Shown one piece after another: positions 18,780-25,837 of a stretch of 64,000 bases of DNA. The notes below the pieces were generated by a model. It saw only the letters and a program-made list of their open reading frames with translations, was not told where the DNA came from and did not search any database. The DNA comes from Desulfobacterales bacterium (lineage in GTDB: Bacteria > Desulfobacterota > Desulfobacteria > Desulfobacterales > JAFDDL01). The translations under genes were made by a program, and so were the position numbers. The stretch spans positions 3,625 to 67,624 of the forward strand of contig JBECKW010000112.1 in the NCBI GenBank assembly GCA_040235505.1, in the 5' to 3' direction. Positions within the stretch are counted from its first letter, which is position 1; the number at the start of each line of letters is the position of its first letter.

Positions 18780-20006
18780 ATGATGAAACTGATTCGATCG
18801 TTTATGGGAAGACGGCAATTTCTTTTTTCCGCGGGGGCTGCCTCCGCGTCGGCGCTTTTCGTTAAAAAGCTTGCCGGACTGCTGGATCCGTTTTCTAAAC
18901 CGGGCGTTGCAGAGGCCGCCATCAAAAAGAACGACACCAAATGCGTGGTCGTCTATTCATCGATGACGGGAAATACCGAAAAGGCTGCTCGGGCAATCCA
19001 AAAAGGGTTGGCGGAAGCCTCGGGCGCCTGCGACATCTTCTCCGTCAAGGATGCCGACCCGCACAAGCTGGCGGGCTATGACTTCATCGCCTTCGGGTAT
19101 CCCCTGATGGGACCGGCACTGAAGCTGGACGTCGATACGTTTCTGACCAATCTTCGATACGTGGGCGGGCTGCACATCGTTCTGTTTTCCACCAGCGACT
19201 CTGCGAGCAACAATCACGCCAAATGCCTTCCACTGCTTAAAAAACACGGCCTTATCACCCTTGGCTCCAGGAGCTGGCATGGGGCCGTCTACGGTCCGCT
19301 GGGCGATCCGACCCCGGGCCGGGGAGATGGACATCCCGACAAGACGGATCTTGCGGACGCCGCCAACTGGGCCAAGGAAAAGTGGGAACTGAGCAAGAAA
19401 ATCTATGCCGGTGATACCAGCCTGATTCCTGCGGCGCCTACCCAGACCGGTGAACGTGGTAAGGATGGCGGGCCTGGAGGCCCCCCCGGTGGGACTGGCG
19501 GAGCCCCCGGAGCAGCGGGCGGAGCGGCCGGTGGCCCACCGGCTGGCGCACCCGGCGGCGCCGGAGGCCGACAGGGCGGCATCCCCGAAGAATTGGTCGG
19601 CCTTGAAAACGACACACCCGAACAGCTAAAAAAACGCATCCATTTCGAGCTTGTCTATAACAAGGACAAATGCATGTTTCCCACGTGTACCCGATGCATG
19701 GATATCTGTCCGGTCAACGGCATCGATTATACGGTGGAGCCCCGCGTCTACGGCGATCCCTGCATGATGTGCGCCATGTGCGACCAGGTCTGCCCCACCG
19801 GCGCCATCTATGTCGACCCGAAGCACATGGAATGGCAGCGGCGAGTCGAGGGCTACGCGGATAACGTGGTACAGGTTTACCAGGCATATCCGAAACACCC
19901 CCGCTTCATCGTCGGCTACGGCCGCCCCTATGGGTACGATCCGTATACCAAGGAAGACCGGGGGGATGGGTCAAAGATGGGGATCGATAAAAAGCAGGAG
20001 TCGTAG
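18780..20006 (+). CDS. Tat-signal flavodoxin / 2x[4Fe-4S] ferredoxin fusion protein with Gly/Pro-rich linker
   Basis: Start at ATGATG after GGAGGG. Twin-arginine leader MMKLIRSFMGRRQFLFSAGAASASA. Flavodoxin signature VVYSSMTGNTE. GP tract at nt 19455-19580. C-terminal CTRCMDICP and CMMCAMCDQVCP. Confidence 0.85.
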   Translation: MMKLIRSFMGRRQFLFSAGAASASALFVKKLAGLLDPFSKPGVAEAAIKKNDTKCVVVYSSMTGNTEKAARAIQKGLAEASGACDIFSVKDADPHKLAGYDFIAFGYPLMGPALKLDVDTFLTNLRYVGGLHIVLFSTSDSASNNHAKCLPLLKKHGLITLGSRSWHGAVYGPLGDPTPGRGDGHPDKTDLADAANWAKEKWELSKKIYAGDTSLIPAAPTQTGERGKDGGPGGPPGGTGGAPGAAGGAAGGPPAGAPGGAGGRQGGIPEELVGLENDTPEQLKKRIHFELVYNKDKCMFPTCTRCMDICPVNGIDYTVEPRVYGDPCMMCAMCDQVCPTGAIYVDPKHMEWQRRVEGYADNVVQVYQAYPKHPRFIVGYGRPYGYDPYTKEDRGDGSKMGIDKKQES

Positions 20007-20022
20007 GAGTGCCTCGAGCGTA

Positions 20023-20260
20023 GGGAACCGAGGGACGAGGGAAGACCGCTTCGCCAGGACGAGGGACGAAAGGGGCAACTGCTTTTACACGTCCTTTGTC
20101 CCGGCAGAGCGATTCATCAACGTCCTTCGGTTTTTTTCGTCCTGGGATCTTACAAAGTAATCATCTCTTATTCCCATGAAGTGCTCATTTTTCGCCTTTC
20201 AGCTTTTTGCGTCCCTCGTCCTAGTCCCGCCGTTTTTAGCGGGATCCCTCGGCTTTCTCC
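20023..20260. repeat. Inverted-repeat element with GAGGGAC-type heptad arms
   Basis: Left arm has CCGAGGGACGAGGGAA...AGGACGAGGGACG. Right arm has CGTCCCTCGTCCT...ATCCCTCGG, i.e. colinear reverse complements. Core is about 133 bp. Confidence 0.6.
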
Positions 20261-20374
20261 TGCAGAGCCCCCTTAATCCCTCCACCACTTAATCACCTAA
20301 ATCCACCTTGATTATCTTGATTCCAGCGCGTAAAAATAAAGGTGAACTCTTTTGACAAAAAGGAGGACCTACCC

Positions 20375-21112
20375 ATGGGGAACATGTCTGCTTTATTTTT
20401 GTCGGCTCTGATGATGGTTTCGGCTTCGGCGGAGGCTGCCGGTTCTTACCGGACGGATATCATCAAAACATCCGCTGGAGAATTGAACATCACTTTCATC
20501 GGTCACGGATCACTGATGCTCACCTTCGGCTCGACGGTGATTCATGTGGACCCATATTCCAAGGTCGCCGACTACTCGATCTTCCCGAAGGCCGATATTA
20601 TTCTGCTCACCCACGATCACCCTGATCACCTGGACCTGAGCGCCCTGAACCTCGTTCGCACCGACCACAGCCGGGTGGTCATGACCGAGACCTGTGCCCA
20701 GCAGCTTCAAGGCGGCATCATCTTAAAAAACGGCGATGTTCGAACCATCGACGGATTTACCGTCGAAGCGGTTCCGGCCTACAACCTGGTCCATAAGCGG
20801 GATAACGGACAGCCCTTTCATCCCAAGGGCGTTGGCAACGGGTACATTCTTACCTTCGGCGACAAGCGGGTGTATATCGCGGGGGACACGGAAAACACGC
20901 CGGAGATGAAATCACTTCAAAACATCGACATCGCCTTCCTGCCCATGAATTTGCCCTATACCATGACCCCCGAAATGGTGGCCGATGCGGCCCGGGCGTT
21001 TCAGCCGAAAATTCTATACCCCTATCATTTCGGTGACACGGATACTTCTCGTCTGGTGAAACTGCTGGAAGATCAACCGGGGATCGAGGTCAGAATTCGG
21101 AATATGAGTTGA
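20375..21112 (+). CDS. Secreted MBL-fold metallo-hydrolase
   Basis: ATG after AGGAGG. Sec-type leader MGNMSALFLSALMMVSASAEAAG. LLTHDHPDHLD metal-binding motif. Confidence 0.85.
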   Translation: MGNMSALFLSALMMVSASAEAAGSYRTDIIKTSAGELNITFIGHGSLMLTFGSTVIHVDPYSKVADYSIFPKADIILLTHDHPDHLDLSALNLVRTDHSRVVMTETCAQQLQGGIILKNGDVRTIDGFTVEAVPAYNLVHKRDNGQPFHPKGVGNGYILTFGDKRVYIAGDTENTPEMKSLQNIDIAFLPMNLPYTMTPEMVADAARAFQPKILYPYHFGDTDTSRLVKLLEDQPGIEVRIRNMS

Positions 21113-21123
21113 GCATGGAGGGG

Positions 21124-21172
21124 ATAGAGGTCGAAGATCCGCCTCTGGCGGAATCTCCGACCTCTATTTCTC
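21124..21172 (+). terminator. Long hairpin terminator between the convergent MBL and OYE-like genes
   Basis: ATAGAGGTCG...CGACCTCTAT 10-bp outer stem with an inner GATCCGCC/GGCGGAATC stem, followed by TTTCTC. Confidence 0.5.
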
Positions 21173-21174
21173 AA

Positions 21175-23202
21175 TTACACCTCAGAGGCCGAATAAAAGG
21201 CGCTACGGATGCTCTTCTGGATATTGCCACCCATATCACTGCAGTCGCCGATGGCAAAGAATTGCTTGGCGGTGCCGTAAAACTTCAACGCCTCGTCCTT
21301 TCTCGGCTTGAATCCCGCATAGATCACCACACTGTCGGCCTTGAGCGATTTTTCAGTCCCCCCTGCATCTTTGTATGTGACCTTTCCGGAAGAAATTCCC
21401 GTCGGGACCGCCTCGGTGATAACGAGGAAGTTCTTCAGATCCTCGTAGGTCTGGATAATCGTTTCGGGATAGTGGGGGCGGTTGTTCGGAAAGAGCTCCT
21501 TGCCCGCGGTCACCATCGTTACGTTATGACCTGCGTTGGCAAGATACATCCCCACATCCGCTCCGAATTCTCCGCCGCCTATAAATACTACGTTCTTCCC
21601 CATGGATTTTTCGTTGCTGTAGGCCTCGACAATGTTATAGACCCCTTTGCCGTCGGCGCCCGGAATGCGAGGCACGACGGGGTCGGAACCCACTGCGACC
21701 AGGATTGTGTCGTAGCCCCCGGCTCGAATCATCTCGGGGGTGGCCTCGGTTTTCAGAAGTACTTCTACACCGGCTTTGCCCATCTGGTGAGCCAGAAAAT
21801 TTTTGAAACCTTTGATGGCCCACTTGTAGGGGGAATAATCCGCATGCCGGGCAAGCCCGCCCAGGACCTCGCTCTTTTCGTAAAGGGTGACCCTGTGGCC
21901 CCGTTCCGCTGCCGTCAGAGCCGCCTTCATCCCTGCAGGCCCCCCACCAACCACCGCCACCTTCTTTGAAGCGCCGGGGGGACGGATCGATTTCACGGCC
22001 GCCGGAATTCCGACTTTGGGGTTTACGGAGCACACCGTGTACCAGGGCCCCTTGAACATGTCCTCCCCGTGGCACTTGTTGCACCGGATGCAGGGCGTGA
22101 CATCTTCGCCCCGGCCGGCTGCCATCTTTTGGCCATATTCCCAGTCGCAAATAAAGGCACGGGCCAGGGTGAACATATCCGATTTTCCGTCTTTGAGATA
22201 GCCTTCCATCAGATCCAGATCCTGGAAGCCGCCGCCGGGGGCCACGATGACCTTGGTGCCGCTTTTCTTAATTGCCTGGGCATAGTGAATGGCATAGGGA
22301 TCGCTCTTATTCGAATTCCAGGTGGTGGCGTGGGCGGCCGAGGCGTCGGCGATTCTCACCATGGCGATATCCGCCTTTCCCTCCAGTTTTTTTGCATAGG
22401 CAATAGCCTCGTCGACGGTGCCCCCGGCCTTGTAGTAGTTGTCTTCTTTATGCTGGGTGATGGACGGCTCCCGGACAAAAATCTCGGTAATGGTCAGCAT
22501 GTCCGGTACGGCTGCCTTGACCGCTTCGCATGCCGCCAAGGTCATCTTTTCATTTCCCCGGGCGACAATCTGAATCGCGTCGAAGCCGTGTGATTCATAA
22601 AACTTTGCTTCGGTAACGACATTTTCGAGTATTTTTTGATTATTTTCTTCTGAGTCTTCAGATTGGGTCCCTGGCATACCGGGCATTCTCATCCCCGCCA
22701 TGACGCCGGCACATGCCTTGGAGCCGTAAATATGAATGCCTTCAATCATCTGGTCCATGTAATTCAGGACTCCGGCGTCCTCCAGATCGTAGATCACCAT
22801 GTGAGCGCTGTCGCCCTTTAGGTCTTTACGGACCCGGTTGGACATAATGCGCACGGAGATAATCCCTGCCCCGTTTTTGGCCATGTTCACGTAGTAGTCG
22901 CGCATCACCTCGGCTGGAAAGTTTTCGGGCCCCTGAAGAAAATGCGGCGTGGATTGGGGGGCCAGGAACCGGTTCTTCAACACCTGGTTTCCAATCTTTA
23001 AGGGCGAAAGAAGATGGCTGTAGCGGTCGCTTACCATCTTCAGATCAACCCCTCCCGGGGTTTCGGATGCCCTTGCGCTTTCCGGCTGCAGCGCCGGGGT
23101 TCCACTTGCAATGAATTTCCCGAGAGCCAGTGCCGAGGCAGATCCCACACCCGCGGCGGTCAGGAACTGCCGTCTTCCCATCAAAGATCTAATCAGTTTC
23201 AT
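21175..23202 (-). CDS. Tat-signal OYE / 2,4-dienoyl-CoA-reductase-like FMN + [4Fe-4S] + FAD/NAD(P)-fold oxidoreductase
   Basis: 675 aa. Leader MKLIRSLMGRRQFLTAAGVGSASALA. OYE-type N-domain (LKIGNQVLKNRFLAPQS). CIRCNKC...C cluster motif. VAVVGGGPAGMKAA and a second dinucleotide-fold motif (VFIGGGEFG). Confidence 0.9.
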   Translation of the reverse strand: MKLIRSLMGRRQFLTAAGVGSASALALGKFIASGTPALQPESARASETPGGVDLKMVSDRYSHLLSPLKIGNQVLKNRFLAPQSTPHFLQGPENFPAEVMRDYYVNMAKNGAGIISVRIMSNRVRKDLKGDSAHMVIYDLEDAGVLNYMDQMIEGIHIYGSKACAGVMAGMRMPGMPGTQSEDSEENNQKILENVVTEAKFYESHGFDAIQIVARGNEKMTLAACEAVKAAVPDMLTITEIFVREPSITQHKEDNYYKAGGTVDEAIAYAKKLEGKADIAMVRIADASAAHATTWNSNKSDPYAIHYAQAIKKSGTKVIVAPGGGFQDLDLMEGYLKDGKSDMFTLARAFICDWEYGQKMAAGRGEDVTPCIRCNKCHGEDMFKGPWYTVCSVNPKVGIPAAVKSIRPPGASKKVAVVGGGPAGMKAALTAAERGHRVTLYEKSEVLGGLARHADYSPYKWAIKGFKNFLAHQMGKAGVEVLLKTEATPEMIRAGGYDTILVAVGSDPVVPRIPGADGKGVYNIVEAYSNEKSMGKNVVFIGGGEFGADVGMYLANAGHNVTMVTAGKELFPNNRPHYPETIIQTYEDLKNFLVITEAVPTGISSGKVTYKDAGGTEKSLKADSVVIYAGFKPRKDEALKFYGTAKQFFAIGDCSDMGGNIQKSIRSAFYSASEV

Positions 23203-23567
23203 TGATTCCCCCCCTTTTTTTCTGTCGGAAATTAAGATTAAGCTACGAATATGTCTGCGACTTCATCTTTAATTCATATTTGTTTTATTTTTCATAAAAT
23301 TTAATCTTTAGTTATGATTTGGTGTGTGATGGGAATTATATACAGCCTGCCCAATTGAAAGGTAAACAGCTATCTCATTTTTTTACGCTTTTTTACGTTT
23401 TTCGCCGATTCCGTTCCGGTCACCGCAAAGGTTTCAGCTCCAAAGTCCAGAGCTGGAATCGTAAGTATGGCTTTCAATCTCTAAATTAATTGGCTGTTCC
23501 GAGGATTGAAATTTGAACTAAAGCAAAGATTGGCCAAACCGGGTCGTTTTGAAATTGGCTCTCCAGT

Positions 23568-24326
23568 TTATGGGATCAGTTCAAACTCGGATTTCATCAC
23601 ATCACGAAGCTCTTCCCCGATGGCAAGACCGGTATCGATAAAGCCGGGACCATACTTTTTACCGGTCCGGCTGCGGAACGTCTCCCGGATTCTGACGAGG
23701 GTATCCATGCCTTCGGCATAATGGGCCACAAAACGGGAAACGGGAACCTTTGAAAAGGCAAGCATATCCCAAAGGGTAAAGGAGAAGTTGTCGGTGCCCC
23801 AACGGAATTTGTCCGCATCGTACAGACAATCGGAAATCAGTCGGCCCACCCGGGTCTGCAGGGGAAGCGTCTGCTTGAAGGCTTCGTGGTTGTATATGGC
23901 GCGGCAGATGTGGTCCACCTCTTTATCGGTGAAGGGGTAGCCGGCGAGGTATTCCCTCGCTCTTTCCGCTCCCTTTTGTGCATGGTTTTCCTCAACCCGG
24001 CAAATGTCATGAAGAAGTCCGGCGGATTGCACCAGCATCAGCAGCCGGTCGATATAAAATTTTGAATATCCGGCCGCCTGCCCCTCTATCATGACAAGCA
24101 GGCCGGCATCGACGGCAACTTTGACGGCATGTTCGAAACTGTGCCCCAGATTTTCGTTCAAGCGGCCGGAAACGAGATTTTGAATCAGCAGGAGAGATGG
24201 ATTCCTGTTCAGGAAGGAGTTGGCATAATCGTTTTCCCGGCGATATCGGCGATATAACACCGGGCGGGGATACTTCCCTGCGATGTCACGGGTTCGATTT
24301 TTCAGGATTTCGTATATGGGATCCAT
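23568..24326 (-). CDS. HD-domain phosphohydrolase-like protein
   Basis: 252 aa. H...HD pair (HSFEHAVKV...GLLHDICR). Confidence 0.75.
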   Translation of the reverse strand: MDPIYEILKNRTRDIAGKYPRPVLYRRYRRENDYANSFLNRNPSLLLIQNLVSGRLNENLGHSFEHAVKVAVDAGLLVMIEGQAAGYSKFYIDRLLMLVQSAGLLHDICRVEENHAQKGAERAREYLAGYPFTDKEVDHICRAIYNHEAFKQTLPLQTRVGRLISDCLYDADKFRWGTDNFSFTLWDMLAFSKVPVSRFVAHYAEGMDTLVRIRETFRSRTGKKYGPGFIDTGLAIGEELRDVMKSEFELIP

Positions 24327-24359
24327 CCGACAGCGGTATTTCCCCCATGATGGTTGATG

Positions 24360-24833
24360 CTATCCTTTTTTCTGCAGCGGTAGAGAGGTCTTGCAAATCC
24401 GCCACCGGCCATCTTTGTACTGAAGCTGAAAGCTTGCATCGACATCATACGTTTTTCCAAGCTTAAAGATCCCGGCGACATACACATAAAGGGGGTTGAT
24501 ATCAAGACGCCGGTGGGCGGTTAAATGGACGACGGCGTCCGAATGATCGAGATATTCGGTCTTCGTTTCGATGTGGGAAAGGGCATATCGGGCGCATTTC
24601 GAGGAATATCCCCGCTCAGCAGCATTCGTATCGGATGTGTAGATGTAGTTGTCGACGGATGAGGCGTCACAGAGCCAATCGGTCATGGCGGGAGAAAGCT
24701 CGTAATAATCCTTCGCAAATGAAACGGCGGCGTCCGAGGGCGTATTCGAATGATCGAGTGCAATAAGTCCGACCTCCAGAAGCAAGCCGATCAGCACAAC
24801 GATAACCAGGGAAGTAATATTTTTACGGGTCAT
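24360..24833 (-). CDS. Membrane-anchored hypothetical protein
   Basis: Start at MTRKNITSLVIVVLIGLL after AAGGAG (track ORF begins 16 codons upstream). Single N-terminal TM helix. Lies 33 nt upstream of the HD gene. Confidence 0.5.
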   Translation of the reverse strand: MTRKNITSLVIVVLIGLLLEVGLIALDHSNTPSDAAVSFAKDYYELSPAMTDWLCDASSVDNYIYTSDTNAAERGYSSKCARYALSHIETKTEYLDHSDAVVHLTAHRRLDINPLYVYVAGIFKLGKTYDVDASFQLQYKDGRWRICKTSLPLQKKG

Positions 24834-24988
24834 GACCTTCTCCTTGCATATCATGATGGATTGAATCGTCAGCTTTTGCATCCCGCCGGTGGAATCCTCT
24901 TCACCGGCTCAAAGGGGTCAGATACCATGGAAACCAACTCTTGACAAGAAGTTTGTCTCCCCGATGCGGAGGAACCGTATTTAAAGCG

Positions 24989-25156
24989 CGAACATCCAAC
25001 GTCGAACATCCAACATCCAACGTCCAATGGAAGGATGGGCATCTGTTTTTAATATGCTCGTAAGCGTTACTTTCCTAGTGGTCCGTATTGGCCGTCGTAG
25101 GGAGCGGGGGTATCAAATGGATATAAATCCCTATTGGATGTTGGATGTTGGACGTT
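24989..25156. repeat. Heptad-armed inverted-repeat element, copy 1 (CCAACAT/CCAACGT words)
   Basis: Left array CGAACAT CCAACGT CGAACAT CCAACAT CCAACGT CCAATGG. Right array ATTGGATGTTGGATGTTGGACGTTC. 25-bp arms match with 2 mismatches. The 104-bp core has ends that resemble the 41500 copy in reverse orientation. Confidence 0.8.
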
Positions 25157-25264
25157 CATTTTTCGATTCCCGGCGGCTTTTCGGCACCGTGAATCTAATT
25201 CATTAATTACAGATCTATTTAAAAAGATAATTTTATTTATTTTTATCCGCCTTTGATAAAGAGG

Positions 25265-25291
25265 TTGACAACTTGCCTGCCCGAATATAAG
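25265..25291 (+). promoter_or_regulatory. Candidate promoter for rrf2-hmc
   Basis: TTGACA (25265-25270) and TATAAG (25286-25291), but with only 15-nt spacing. The same stretch also reads aGGttgacaacTTGCc (GG-N10-GC). Ambiguous. Confidence 0.3.
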
Positions 25292-25356
25292 AAAACTCTT
25301 TCTCGACTGTCACACTCGGGAAATAACCCGACACACAGAGTCAAGAAAGCATCCCT

Positions 25357-25791
25357 ATGCTGGTTACAAAGAAAAATCAATATGCCCTTCGCGCGGTGTT
25401 TGAACTTGCAAAACATCAGGGGAAGGGACCCATCAAGATATCCCATATCGCAGAGGTCCAGGCGATTCCGGAACGATTTTTAGAGGTTATCCTCGGTCAG
25501 CTGAAAAAAAGCGGTTTTGTCCAATCCAAACGAGGATATCAGGGGGGCTACCTTCTGGTGGTACCGGCGAGTGAACTTTCCGTTGGCGATCTCATGCGGT
25601 TTCTGCAACGCAACGCCCCCACCGAGGCATGCATGGCGCCGGTACCGGAAAGCAGCTGCCCGTTTCGGGGGGACTGTGTTTTTTTCCCCATGTGGCGTCG
25701 GGTCCGGGAGGCTATCTATGATGTGTACGACCAGACGAGCATCCAGGATCTTTTGGACGATGATCGGGGTGGCAAGGGTTATCCATTGTAA
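25357..25791 (+). CDS. Rrf2-family transcriptional regulator
   Basis: 144 aa. N-terminal wHTH string KNQYALRAVFELAKH...ISHIAEVQAIPERFLEVILGQLKKSGFVQSKRGYQGGYLL. C-terminal Cys residues (C..C......C). Confidence 0.9.
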   Translation: MLVTKKNQYALRAVFELAKHQGKGPIKISHIAEVQAIPERFLEVILGQLKKSGFVQSKRGYQGGYLLVVPASELSVGDLMRFLQRNAPTEACMAPVPESSCPFRGDCVFFPMWRRVREAIYDVYDQTSIQDLLDDDRGGKGYPL

Positions 25792-25837
25792 CCATTAGAT
25801 TTTTTATGAAACGACGAGAGGTTCGGTAAGGATTGAT

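Noticed and set aside
23518-23535. Possible sigma54 promoter (minus strand TTGGCCAATCTTTGCT) upstream of the OYE-like gene
   Set aside because: The GG-to-GC spacing is one nucleotide too short, and the site is more than 300 nt from the start codon.
24989-25156. Heptad arrays as a CRISPR array
   Set aside because: The repeat unit is only 7 nt, the units are contiguous with no spacers, and no cas genes are present.
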